NCBI GenBank assembly: GCA_011109175.1
Contig: RDEW01000003.1
Coordinates: forward strand, 1,995,761-2,059,760
Source: Dicyema japonicum
Taxonomy: Eukaryota; Animalia; Dicyemida
Direction of reading: 5' to 3'
Length of the DNA: 64,000 nucleotides
The first letter of the stretch is position 1. The number at the start of each line of letters is the position of its first letter. The notes under the pieces are model-generated. The model made no database searches. It saw only the letters and a list, made by a program, of their open reading frames with translations, and was not told the origin of the DNA. Below are positions 25,223 through 38,410 of this stretch, in pieces. A program made the position numbers and the translations under genes.

Positions 25223-25489
25223 TTAACGAAAGAAACAAATGTTAGTTGAAGAAGCCGGCTGCATGGATAGCGAACGAGTTCCCTCGGAGTATTGCCATTC
25301 CAACCTTTTGTCTTAACCATAACCCTTCTCGTTGATCCCTTTTCTTTCTGGCAAGCATTTTTCCGAGTTCGCGCAAAAACTCAGTCGTCATTGGACCTAA
25401 CGGCTCCCGATGACTCGGCCGCAACAGGAATAAATCTGTAGCGATCCCCGAAGGAAGAATATTTCTTGATTTTTAGGTTTTCCGCGGTC
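25223..25489 (-). mobile_element. CRE-like RLE 3' fragment, twin of 55752-56016
   Basis: EFLRELGKMLARKKRDQREGLWLRQKVGMAILRGNSFAIHAA*. Confidence 0.8.
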
Positions 25490-26401
25490 GAGAAAGATAA
25501 ATTAGATGTTTTTTATGTAATCGGATATTTTTTGTGAATGATGATAAAATTTTTTGTATTTAGTAAACTTTGTCTCTTCTTTCATAATTATTCTCAAGAA
25601 ACCATAATTCGAGCGCCTTGGTATATTCATTGACTTCATGTAGTGTGGGAACATGAATTTTTTCATCTTTCTCTTCAACTTTAAAAGTTATGTATGAAGT
25701 TTTTATCATCAATTTGATTATTTTCATGAATCATAAAATTTTTATTTTTTTCTTCTATTTCTGTCAGGTTCTGTATTATTTTCAAAAACTTTCTTGAAAC
25801 AATTTGTAATTGTCAATTCTGATATTTCGAGCCAAGCTTGATTATGATTATCAGGCAATTCAATAAAGTCAATTTCTTCAACGTAACTTTTTCGTGATCT
25901 ACAATGCCATCATTAGTATGAAATTCAATCAAGTGTGGAGTTGTCTATACTTGTCTTTGAATGATTTTATTATTCCCTGATCAAGGGGTTGTAATTTCGA
26001 TGTTGTATTTGGTGGATAAAAAAAGAGTTCGATATTGGTAAACTCTAAATCATGTGAGTGCATTATCAAGTAAAATTAGAATTTTTCTTTTGCAAAAATT
26101 ATTTTTTTGTTCAATTCTATAAGCCATTCTGAGAAAAGAGCATATGTCATCCATGCTTTTTTATTTATTCTACTTGTAAGCAACGTGGATATTTGGCTTT
26201 TCCAATAACAAATGTGTCAAGCTTTTCTCCCATCAACGCAAAACATAATTGTTACTCGTTCTTTTATCGCTTTATTCGAAAGATTTTTGTCTGAGTCAAA
26301 GCTTCTGTTCCATAAAAGTTTAAAAAACATTCCAGTTTCGTCCAAATTAAAAAATATTTTTGAAAAATATTGTTCCAATTTTATATTGAAACTTACTGTA
26401 A

Positions 26402-26718
26402 GGGGGCTTAGTGGTTAGGTGTCGGGCTTAAGTGGCCTAGGCTACGGGTTCGAATCTCGCTGCTGTTCACCTGGTGGAAGGTTCCACGCATCTACGATGC
26501 AGAAATGGTTTGACGAGTGACGCCGTCATCAGTGAATACTCGCTGCGGAACTGGATTGTCTAGAAAGGACACTCACACAAGAAAAAGAAAAAAGAAGTGA
26601 AGATCATTCCTTGGTTCTACGATTAGTTAAAATTAACTGTTCTTTACTCAAATAAAGTGTGTGTCCTGCCTATGCGGAGCTATAAAATATTATGGCTCTC
26701 GTGAAAAGGCTTTAAAAA
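26402..26718 (+). mobile_element. tRNA-derived SINE family 1, near full length, 13-bp TSD
   Basis: A-box GGCTTAGTGG, B-box GGTTCGAATC, A-rich end. TSD aaacttactgtaa at 26389-26401 and 26719-26731 interrupts the Tigger transposase. Confidence 0.92.
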
Positions 26719-27655
26719 AAACTTACTGTAAAGTTCTCAATCACTGAGGTTTCATCAAATCCATTTTCCCCACATAAAGGGAAGCAATGCAATATCGATT
26801 TTTATTTCAAGCCATCCATTTGATGCTTGAAATTTTTTAATATGGGAGACAGCCCACGTGGGTAAAAATAAAAATTTGATTTTTTAAAACTGTTTATTTA
26901 AACACTTTTCTTCTTACAAATGCAATAATAAACTACTTATTTCAAGTTTCCTAAGCACCTTAAATTAGTAATAAAAGTGTACCACAAAAAACTAAAAAGC
27001 ACGTGGTCAAAAAACTTTTTCAAAAGTGAAATATAATATAACTAAAATTCATTATAATTGTAAGTAATACTATGGCTACAGTCTGGTTACATTCGGTTAC
27101 TTCTAGAGGAAATTTTGGTCGAAAAATGTGGACCTTTTATTGGGGGTAACTGACAATTTCATTATTTAGAAAGATATCATCAGGGAGATAGTTGAGGTAT
27201 GCGTATATCACTCAGAAATTACGCTCTCCGTAACAAAATTTGAACAACCCTATTATAGAGAATCGAAAATTGTTAAAATGATCATCCAATAATTATTTCA
27301 GGAAGATTAGTATACTAATTTTCGCAAAGACCCCTCCCCATCTAAATCAAGAGACGGTTTTGTATGCAGCTAACATTTCTTTATCTAATGGTATGTAAGC
27401 GGTGAGGGAAACCTGTTTGTTAAAATGATCAATAAAATATGGCATTAAAGTAACATAGCGGACGATCTAGTCCGTCGGATCGGCTCAATGATCAAAAGGG
27501 TCACTTAAGATCCACCTTACACTTGAGGGCTACTCAGTAGCTATCTTCAGAGAGAACATCATGGCCATTCAAGCTCCCTAAATTAAGTGCTATTTTAACA
27601 TTTATTTAATTAAAAAAACTTATCATTAAAAATTACTAGATTCAAAAAACACTAT

Positions 27656-30594
27656 ACCCTCGCAAATTGACGAAAATTTGAAATTTTTATAAAAAAATTA
27701 ATATCAACTAAGGCTCATTTTTGCGAACTCAGTAATTTAAAAAATTTTAATGAATTTTTGGATAAATTCAAAAATAGACACGGATTCAGAATGCTCAAGT
27801 TACTGGAGAGTATTTCGGTTTACAATTCTTACAGAAAAATGAATTTTTTTTGGCCAGAAACTTGGGACAATTTTGTATATTGAATAACACTATAAACAAT
27901 ACAAGAACACCTACTCGAAAAGAAGACAAACCTACATCCCCTGACCTCTCCTTATGTTCCCCATCAATGTTTCCCCTCATCAACTGGACTTTAAAATATG
28001 AACTAAGAAGTGATCACAACCCTATTATGATGAAAATAAACACTGAAAAAAATTTATCAGACAGAATTCCACTTTTTTTAATTTTGAAAGCGCAGATTGG
28101 TCCAACTTCTCTAATTACATCGACACCAATATGGAAGTATTTTACACATTGGTATTCTCATCAATTGACCACATGATCAAAACTTTCACGGACATTATAC
28201 TCAAAGCAAGAAAACTATTTATTCCAATGCCATCAAACAAGGAATACCTATTATAATAGGCACACAAAAACACTTATCAGAGAAAGAAATAAATTAAAGA
28301 AGCAAAAGGAATTATCAAATGACGATTTCCAAAAAATGAAATCCTTGAATATACAAATTAAACAAGTTACCCAGTCTAGAATCAAGAAACGATGGACATC
28401 ACTTATTGATTCTCTATCGCCAAATACATCCGAGACGCTGGTATGGAGGAAAATTAAATATTTGAGACGTTGCAATGAAGGTTCTGAGAAAGTCCTCCAC
28501 GGACAGGGATGTAGCAACATCGATCCAAATATTTTAATGAAGCACTATGTCGCAATCAGCCATAAAAATTTCTCGAGGGAACACAGAGTCTACAAGAAGT
28601 TGTATCCATCATATGATTTGATTGTCTTTATTCCACAAGAAGTTCAAACCGCAATCATGGATGCCAAAAACTCCCGTTTCCGAGGTGCTGACAATGTCTC
28701 GATGATGGAACTGAAACACCTTGGTGAAAAAGCAACTAAATTCCTATCATACGTTTATCCTATATCTGTGAACAATAATATGATACCTTCTATATGGAAG
28801 AAATCCATAATTCTGCCAATTCAGAAGCCAAACAAACCTGCAAACGATCCCTCTGATCCCTCTTTTTATCGTCCAATTGCAATACTATGTGCAATGTCCC
28901 GAATTTTAGAAAAATTAATCTTAACACGAATCAAAAATATTGTACCAAATCGAGTATTCCAGCATGGATTCCGCGAAAATCATTCTACTACGACTCACTT
29001 AACAAAATTAACTCAATATATTTCTGATGGATTCTCTTATCCAAAACCACATAAAAGGACCACAATGGCTTCAATAGACTTGAAGAAAGCATTCGACTCC
29101 GTATCCCGGATCCTGCTTATAGAGAAAATTTCTAACACTCTTATAAATCCAAACATTAAAAGATGGCTGTCGAACTTTTTAAGTGGAAGAAGAGGACAAG
29201 TGATGTCAGACAACTGAAAATCTAAATCCTGTACACCAATGACCTTCCCACCAATGACGATCCCGATACATTAATACTCTCATACGCAGATGACATTGTT
29301 CTTTCAACGAGAGACTCTATGAGAAGGCAGGGATAAAACTTCAAAGTTATATTAGTATGTTGGAACATTGGCTCACATCAAGTCGACTGGAAGTTTCTAC
29401 AGGAAAGTCGTTTATAACAATATTCTCTACATATAGAAGATCATTATACTCTCCCAAAAATCAAATTGTTTGGATATGAAATTCCTATGAATAAGTCTCC
29501 AACAATACTAGGATTAAAGTTGGATACTCTCCTGACATTCGGCCAACATGTCAATGACGTTATTACCAAAGTCAGGAGGAGGACCAACATATTGAAAATT
29601 TTGTCCCGATCACCAATCGGGCACAACACCTTCTTACTACAGAAAATTTACAGACAATACATACTGCCAGTAATCGAATATGCATGTCCCTCCTGGAGCT
29701 CGATGATTTCTGAATCGTCGTATCAAATATTAGAAGCCGCACAACAAAAATAATAAGAAAACCGTGGATAACGTATTGAATGTTAAAGAACACCTAAGGT
29801 GGAGAGTGAAGTCATTTCTACAGTGGGCAATGAAAACCGGCTGTCCGCTTTCACTCTCTATATCTGACTATCTAGAAAATGCGGGAAATCTATGGAGAAT
29901 GAGACCGTCCCCGTTTCTACCAATTCTGTTGGATCTTCGAGGACCCCAAACGAGAGCCAGAACCCGGAAAACCGGGATCACTTAGTTTGTAGTTAACTTT
30001 TAACTTTTTCTAATCCGGTGATCTTGGGGTAAAAAAATGAATTTAAAGAATACGGTATTTATTACAAAAATGACTTGGGAAGACGAATCCGAAGAGACAG
30101 TCAGGAACTGTTCCAGGGTTTTAAATAACAAATAACGAAATTCTTGAAATTAATATTAATGATACAGCAATCAGAAGAACAGACATTTTCGATCCTCTCT
30201 TGAGGATTTTGTAAATATTGAATACACGGAAAATGAAACATTTATTGACAATGAAAATTCTTTAGAAGATTCAGAAAATAGTGAACAAGAATTTGAAAAA
30301 AATAAGACCTCTAGACAAAATGGATTTTCCAGATTTAACTGCAATAGAGTGAACTCTTAGCTAATGTTGAGAAGGAACATGAAGTTTCTCTAATTTCTTG
30401 AATAAAGTTTCTCTAGTAAGAAAAAACATTTAAGAATTACATTTTATTTTAATAAAACTTAAATACATTTTTTTGTTCTTTTAAGGCATTTCTAAAATAT
30501 TCTTTGTTCATTGTTTTTCAAAATTATTGAATTTATTTTTTTTCAAGTTGGCCACAAAATTATAAGGAACCAAAAATGCCCAATTTGCGAGGGT
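27656..30594. mobile_element. TIR-bounded DNA element of unassigned superfamily containing a LINE
   Basis: Perfect 14-bp inverted repeat accctcgcaaattg (27656) / caatttgcgagggt (30581-30594). Confidence 0.55.
27800..30037 (+). mobile_element. LINE ORF2 (APE end, RT, 3' UTR), decayed
   Basis: TSPDLSL, SDHNPI, YRPIAIL, FQHGFRENHST, IDLKKAFDSV, SYADD, ILGLKLD. Ends tcttggggtaaaaaaa. Confidence 0.88.
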
Positions 30595-30689
30595 CGAGTA
30601 TATCTCCAAATATATCTCCAATATCGTATAAAAACCATTTAATGCACCAAATGATTAGATATCAATTACTTTTACGGAGGTCGTAAGGT

Positions 30690-31990
30690 CAATGAACGAA
30701 CTAAAAAATGGTCGTTCCCCTAAACCCGAAAACATCAACCCAGAGTTCCAAAAATATGGACCACCTGTGCTAATTGATAGAATTACAACACTTCTCAATT
30801 CTATATTTGCCAGAAAGGAATACCTTTGCTTGGATCTGTATAACTAATCCCAATCCAGAAACAAACAAGCCAGCTGGCCCAGTGAAAACCTACACCCGAT
30901 AATCAATCCCAACACTCTACGTAAATCTTGACATTGGTTACACTGATTGAGTGGACGACTATCTCACACCAAGTCATAATGGATTCAAAACAGGGAGATC
31001 GACGAAAGATATAGTATCCTTATCTCCATAGTGCGTCGAGGTCTACTACTGAATATAGTGGAAGGATTTCTGGACTCTGACTCTGAAAATGATAAGTGTT
31101 CTCCTTTTAAACACGAAGTTATGAGTTCGAATTGGTAAAACTACGTCAATTCCTATATAATATGGGTATTCCTCAAGGGGACTCCCTCTCACCTTAGCTA
31201 TTTGTCATATTCTTGGAAACGGCGATACGTGATCTTCGAAGATTTTATGAAAGTAACATAGAAGAATCCATTTATACTGACGACGTCGACCTCATATCGA
31301 GAGATAGATCAGCCCTTATTCGCCTATTGGAAATAGCTCCCAATGAAGTCAAAAAATGGTACCTAACCATGAATGTTAGTAAAACAGAAATAGTGGACAT
31401 GGAAAAATACCAATAAGCTTGGATCCTTAATTGGAGACATAAGGACATTGTTCGAATAAAGACCCTCGCTACAGCTGCGTTGAACAAAGTTAAAAAGAAC
31501 TGGATTGACAGAAAACGATCAAATACATCATTCCAGCTAAGGCCCTTGTTAAACCTGTCCTATTATATAATTCATCAACGTGGACCATGTCCAAGGCTGA
31601 GGAACAGGGATAGATTCCTTTCATTGAAAGCAGGTGACAATGTTCAGATTCCAAGGAAAATAAACAAGAAAACTTTACATAATGTTTGCGCCTCTTGTCT
31701 CAAGATCACTGAGTGAGATGGAGACTATTCGGACATATACTGTGATTAAAAATGGATACCCCAGCTAATATAGCGATGGAGGAGTACTACGTTGAGACTT
31801 GATCATGTTTCTGTGAACGGCCGCGAATCGCACTACATGGTATACTCGATACTGATCTTAAGTATGCAAAAAGGACAATGTAATCGGAAAACATATGGAT
31901 GACTTGAGAGAGGTTGTAATCGGTAAGTGGAACCGCTTAGTTTGATAGTTTCACCCCTGCCTCAATAGAAAAGCGCCCACATACAGTTAG
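30690..31990 (+). mobile_element. Heavily decayed RTE-like RT
   Basis: GIPQGDSLSP, YTDDVDLIS, KLGSLIG, WRLFGHIL. Parallels 38400-39560. Confidence 0.75.
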
Positions 31991-33199
31991 TTAAAAGCTT
32001 CTCCGCGTAGCCCTAAAATGGTTTAGCTTGAGCCATGCTTTACAGCCATCCTCCTCGCCATCTTGTTTCTGGCCCTCAATACAGAGAGTAAAATAATTTA
32101 TCCATTTTTTCAATACTATTTTTTTAAATTAAATAGCATGTAAAAAACAAAAAACCCATTTTATTTATTAATTAAAAAAGCGTGCTCTTGAAGCTGCAGG
32201 CTTCCAGGCAGTACTGGAGCCCGTAGGAGTGGACCGCGGAGACGGGAAAAAACAGGATGAGTTAACTATCTCCGTTCACTGAGGGAAAATCGCTCGTATG
32301 GGACTGCACTGTTCTGGATTCTTTCTCGAACTCGATGATACTCAGCTTTATCCAAGCAGCGATAGTTCTGGCAATTTTTTCAAGTAATATCCGGAAACTG
32401 AATCAAATCCTAGTCTAGTCTCCATTTTTATTCTAGATGCTGTTCCGTATACAACTTTATACATCTTAGATGTTTCCCTTTCAGACATAGAGTTCCTCCT
32501 TGCTATCTTCAAATCTTTTTTGCTTCAAGGCACAAGAAAGCTTTGTGGCATGGTTTAAAAATGGCACGCTATAATTTAGAAAAGAATAATAAATAAAATT
32601 TTTATTTAATAGAAATGGCCCAATAAGCGGGGTTAATTATTTTTATTTATTATTATTATTTTATTGGTCGGAAATTAAATAACTATCATAAAATAAACTT
32701 ATTATTTTTAAAATTTATCCAAGCAGCCATGTGGAACAAAAATACCTCTCCTGCTGACGGAATCTACAACTTGTAGATGTGGTTCCGGATTTCATCACAT
32801 TTGCGAGGAAGATGGACACCTACTAAGCCTCTCACTGTTTCACGCAAAAGAAAATCGGTTGGCTAAGAAATTTCGGCTTTCTCTGCAAGGATCAAAGAAA
32901 GCATTTCCGTTCGGCAGCTGGAACGATGGAAACGCACAGGCTTTGGATGGCACGTTTGGTTGCGGGAACTGTGATCACCTAACTACTTGAAATTTCTATT
33001 GTGTTTTTTCGGTGATTCCGGAGTTAGTAAATAAAAAAAGTGTCACATATAGAGGGTGCCCTAAGACGGAGTTTTATTGGGGCGGGGTTGGACTGTATAA
33101 CTGTTACTTTAATAATAGATGAATAGATAATTCATGTTCGGTGGAAGGGATTATTAAATGAACATGCGATGTATCTTATTAGTTGACTCAGAGATGTTC

Positions 33200-33858
33200 A
33201 ATTCCCAACTAAATGGTTGGAAGGACTACGCCTGGAGGTATCACCTACAAAATAATTTGTGACTCTCTTTACATCTTGGTAGACCGTTAAATTATGCAGC
33301 AGTCTTACTACTAGCTGTATACAGAAACGTCTTTTGATTTAGATGGGAGGTTCTTCACATCTTGCATCATGCAGGAAACCTAAAACCACGACTCCCTTTA
33401 AAGAGCACACCAACCATTGATTGTCAAGGACTTACGTTCGCAAATATGTTGAGAACCGGGCACTTACGAAAATGAAAATGCTTTAGATAATCTCAAAACC
33501 CCTTGGGAGAAACACTGGGCCACTTTTCGCTGTATACCAGCATTGACCTACGCAAGTGAGTCGAGGTCAATGGCCATCTCCTGCTCTTCTTAAAACTGTC
33601 CGTAATTCAAGAAACTGTCAAAAGAGTCATTGCAGCAACTAAAAGAGTCATCGTCTGTCCCTCTGGAAGCAGTTTTGATTGGACGACAATGGAAGTTGGT
33701 GAGGGAAGCTACTAACAACCCCCTCTACAAAGCCATGACCAAATACTCAAGTTACGAGACAACTACATGTCTTCCAGGATTATCGCCCACTTACAATAGG
33801 ACCTCCCCCATGTCGGTCTGGGTACATTTAACCCGGTAATCCTGAGGTAATAATAATT
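33200..33858 (+). mobile_element. Decayed LINE 3' remnant
   Basis: PALTYAS, WKLVREA...LYKAM..Y. Ends ccggtaatcctgaggtaataataatt, like other LINE ends here. Confidence 0.45.
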
Positions 33859-34070
33859 AGGTGATTCGCCATCCTCATTTAATAAATTCACTAATTAGTT
33901 TCCTGGCTTTTTATATTCTTCCTGAATTTAATCAATATTCTACAGTGTTAGTTTGATGGGAGTTAAAAGCCCTCCCCCAACTTGAAGTCCCAGACCTTCC
34001 AAAGATCCCGTCATTGGGTCAGAGAAACTTCTAAGACATAAAAATTTAAAGAAATTTAAAATATAAAAAT

Positions 34071-35665
34071 TTAGAGTCTTTCAAAGGGGTTGCCAATGGA
34101 AGGAGGGTGAATGTCCTTAAAGAAGTCCCATATTAAAATAGTATCATCATGGGAGCAGGTCATAATTTTAAAATCATCAAACATTAGTCTGAACACTCTC
34201 CCTGTGTGTTCCTTCAGAGTCGACAAACAGTGATCCCGCTTATTCCAATCGGGAGACATCAGAGACTTGTAATCCCAAATTTTGATCCTCCTGCAAATTA
34301 ATCCAACAATATTACGAGTCGTAGGATCCACTCACAATGTAGTTCTGGTTGAATCGAATACACCTCACCAAGTCATCATGGCCTTGCAGAACTCTCAGGC
34401 ATATTCCCCCAACAATGTCCCACAGTCTGATGGTCTTGTCTGAACTCCCACTCGCCACAATATTCCTCCGTTGATGCAAGCAAGCTATCCCCCGTTTGTG
34501 TCCCTCCAAAGTATATTTCGCAGTAAACGTTTTCCTCGACCACACAATGATAGATCGGTCCCCGGAGGCCGTGACAATAAAAGACTCGTCAAAATCCACA
34601 ACATTCACTGCAGCATCGTGTCCGATCAGTTTGCACATCTCAACAAATCCCTCCCCCGGCTTGTGAGTCCACACAATCGCTGTGCTGTCCTTTGAACAAG
34701 TAACCAAGATTTCATGGTCAAATTTCAGGTACAAAACGGCCTGGGAGTGCCCGTCCAACACTTGTGTCTCTTCCCCACTGTTAATATCCCACACACTGCA
34801 GTCTATACAGTCAACTACCGAATGGTGTAGTCAGACGATCCGGTTATGAGCTTATTGTCGTCAAACTGAAGACACAGAACGGACCCAGAGTGCCCAGATA
34901 TCACCTTGCCGACACAGTTGCTCTTCAAATTCCAAAACTACCGTGAGGGAATACATACCTTCACCGTGTTGTCCCGATGACCGGAAACAATCTTGTTCTC
35001 GTCATATTGGAGACAGTAGACCCCGTTGGTCTGGTCAAACTGGAGTTTTCTGACATAACAGCGTCCAGATCGCCAGCGCTTTCTCAGTCTCTGGAAATAA
35101 TAAGCTTCAATCTCACGTAAATCTCCTTTTTAATGAATTGGTACATATTGTGGTAAAAATCCTTATTTTTGATATCCCTAACGTCAGGGATGTCAAAATA
35201 AATCATCCTAAAGTAAGTTGGGGACCAACCATCCACGTTTCTGAACAATTTCCCGCCAAACCGAACGCTGTGTCATTTTCTGTTCAATTATAAACTTCCA
35301 GCAGAGATGAATACGGACGATTGAAAACAAGGACCGGGAGGTGCTCTCAAGGCTAATTATTGATTTTTTGTCGAGGTAGCTGAGAATCCCTTGAACGAGT
35401 TGAGCGTGACCGGCCTCTGAAAGTAATAAAACGAAGGAACCGTGTAAGGCTTGGATGATGTTACAGAAAAGCAAAGGCTGAATGAACTGAAGAATGTCCC
35501 CCATTTGGTCGGTATCTAGTTTGTTTATTAGCTTACGGATTATCAGATTCTGAAAAGTCATACATTCATAGAAACTCTCTCCTCTTCGTTTAATAACTCA
35601 AAGTTTTGAAAAATTTCGTTGATTAGTTCGTAATTGCAGGAGTTTTTGCTAGCCATTTCAGTCAT
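34071..35665 (-). CDS. beta-TrCP / Slimb-like F-box WD40 protein, multiple micro-introns
   Basis: D-domain and F-box (IIQALH|EAGHAQLVQGILSYLD...WKFIIEQK...VWREIVQKRGW). WD repeats GVYCLQYDENKIVSG, GHSGSVLCLQFD, GHDAAVNVVDFD, GHKRGIACL, LVRCIRF, EHTGRVFRLMFDDF...SHDDTILIWDF. Confidence 0.95.
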
Positions 35666-36849
35666 TTTATTGTTGAAATTGACCCACAAAATGCAATAAA
35701 TTTAAATAATAATTTTCATATTAATTAATTATTTTTTCAAAATGAAAAAATTAATTTAAATAAATTTGAATTCGCAAACATAATTTTTTTCTTCTTCCTC
35801 CTCTCCTTTGTCGGTTTTGGATCACTTAGCTGAGAACTTTTATTTCCTTCTTTTTGACCCAGTAATCCCGTTGTAATATTAATTCTATATCTTTAATATT
35901 ATTTTATTCAATAGTAATTTAATTTTTCTAATTGATTTTCTGCCAAATTACGTTTTTGTCAATAAACCATTCAAAGTTGTTTTTATTATATTTTTCGCAT
36001 AGTGGCCATTCCGTTGGTGCCCACTACCTTCGACATTACTTAATAATTCTAGAATTAGCTTCCACGGCCACAAATAAAAGAGTTAGAATGTAGGTTTTTT
36101 TCTATCAATAAAACCACATTCTGTTATATTTTTTGCGGTATTTTAATGACAACAAAGGTTCAGAAATGAGAAAAAAATCCACGTTCGGGCATCCACCCTA
36201 ATAAAGGGAGATAGAGAGACATTTCACATACTTCATCTGTGAATACGAGATAGCCTATTCCACAGAAGATATGCTTATGGTACGAGCTTCCAACTTTTAT
36301 GTACAGTTTCAGACATATGATTTTCTGAGTTCTTTTGGCCATCCTATTGTTTTTCAAATTTCATGTCGTAGCATGGACTCCTCTGTGACCTTATCCTTCT
36401 TATATTTCATTTTGCTCTGCGATGTAAGAATCAGTTCTCTTCAAGAAGTTCGTCATCCCCTTCGTTAAAACTTATCCGATCGATCTTAGGATCTGGTTCA
36501 TGAGAGGTTGACGAAAAAAGAACGGTGTTAGAGCGAGTTCTAGTGCTGAGCGAATCACAATTCTTCAAAAACAAAGCGACGACCTGCATCGGATCCAGCC
36601 ATTTTAATCAAGAGAAATATTCAGTATTGTTTCTATGGGCTGCCTTAGAGTCCATGTTCGTGAGATATGGTGATGTCTGTAGAAAAAAGAGAACAAAATG
36701 TGAGATGTAAAAATAGTGCTGTATGCGAATCAAGAGTTGTTAGGTTAGACTAGAAAAGCTAGAAGGTGAATCAATAGGATACATGACTCAGGTAATTAAG
36801 ACAAGATACTTTGGGATCCCCAAGAACTGATGAACTGTTATATTTCAAG

Positions 36850-37215
36850 ATTGGACAGCATTATCTTTCACGCCTTGCTTCCCTATCGACGAAAAAAAGG
36901 GATGTTTGGTTCAGAGCTCTTTCATATGCCCCCTTGGGATGCTATTGGATGACGACCCCAAGGGAATAGTGGTCTGCGTCCCCTTCGGATTAGATGTGTG
37001 CATGGTCTGCCGCTGTCGATGCGGAAGGATCGTTGACTGAAAGGTTTTCACGTCCTAGAGGGACTCCAAGTCATAGAGTCATCAACGGAGTTATTGCGTG
37101 GGAACTGGAAGCAGCCGGATTCTCGGTTCAGTTGAAGCCTCTTGACAGATTTCAGTCAAAGAAAGACCTGACGAACCTCTTCCATGAAAAAGTGGTAGAT
37201 ACTTGACCTGGTACT
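36850..37215 (+). mobile_element. Very decayed CRE-like RLE fragment
   Basis: LGMLLDDD and HRVINGVIAWELEAAGFSVQLKP parallel RHKAINGIVKRALESAGYP at 16.9 kb. Confidence 0.5.
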
Positions 37216-37904
37216 CCACACTTAACTGAAAGATATGTTCACCTATCTGTTAACTGATGCGTTGATAATTAAATAAATTTTAAACTTAAAACCTTGAAAT
37301 ATCATTTGCCTCTTTGAAAATGGCAGAAATCTGTTTGGGACACCTACTCAGAATAATTTGGACGTTTCTATCTGCTTCCAGGCAAGTAGAGTATCACAAA
37401 AAGGAAGTACCGTAAATTTCGAAAGATCCTTTCGGTTTGGAGACGTCGGGAATCCATGGCCCACAACCGAACTACCTAGTCAGTCGGATTGATTCAATGA
37501 TCCAAATGGTCACAAGGATCAACACAAAATATGATGACTTCGAAAGCGTATCTCGATAGCAATCGTCTGAGGAGATATCCTGGCAATAAGATCGCTCGGG
37601 TCTATGATAACGAAAGCGAGTAATCAACGTCTGGAAACGGAGAGGCTGTTCCAATCGATTTCTAACAATTATCAAGAAAAACAACCACTCAATTATCTCT
37701 GCTGGAATACTTTGATTGTTTTGTTACGTATTAAGCAATTATTTCTGAAAAAATGATGATTATTAATTACTTATTATTAGGGCACACAAAGTCATATAAG
37801 TCATATCTTACTTTATTGGTCATATTAATGATTTTTATAAATATAATTATTATTTAATCTAATTTGTCTCCAATCGTCTTTAATTTGTTTCTGAATCATC
37901 TCTC

Positions 37905-38410
37905 CGTTCTGATGAATAATAATGACATGCTACTTTCCTATGCCGATGACATAGTTGTCGCATCTAGGGACGTATATGTCGAACATGCTAAAGAAAGACT
38001 ACAAGGGATATAAATAACATACATGGATAGTTGTGCGAAAATCGATTAAATGCATGTTCCGGAAAGTCAGCAGTCACTCTATTCACTAAGAATAGAAAAA
38101 TAGGAACGCAAACAATTGATGTCACGTTAAATGGAGTACCAATATCACAAAAGAAATCGAAGAAGATACTGGGTATAACTTTTGATACTTTGCTCGGCTT
38201 CTCGGCTCATATGGAATCCATCATAGCAACCTGTGCAAAAAAGATCAATTTTAAAGCCTTCCTTTGGAACTGTTAAAAAATTTATCCGCCAGGTACCGGG
38301 ACTCTCTACAAGCAGTATATCGAGCCAACAATAGGCTATGCATGTGCTGCTGGGGATCTAACTTGGCGGCAAGGAACCTAGTAAAAATTCAAGAGATCCA
38401 GTCAATAGCA
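37905..38410 (+). mobile_element. LINE RT fragment (family of 1-1520 and 27.8 kb)
   Basis: LLSYADDIVVASRD and KKILGITFDTLLGFSAH. Confidence 0.75.

Larger units (their letters stand above)
25070..26840 (-). mobile_element. Decayed pogo/Tigger (CENP-B-like DDE) transposon hosting a CRE fragment and a SINE
   Basis: TA+cagtcaaccctctctatagtgaac TIR at 25070. ASNGWL, CGE, FNLDETGMFFK, KERVTIMFC, FYPPNTTSKLQPLDQGIIK. The other TIR was not found. Confidence 0.8.

Noticed and set aside
26402-26465. tRNA gene
   Set aside because: A and B boxes are present but there is no closed acceptor stem; the sequence continues into a repeated body with TSDs, so it is a SINE head.
27498-27545. Sixth pseudoknot copy (gatccacctt...gagg)
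   Set aside because: Only the short core matches; P1 is weak and P4 and P2' are not identifiable.
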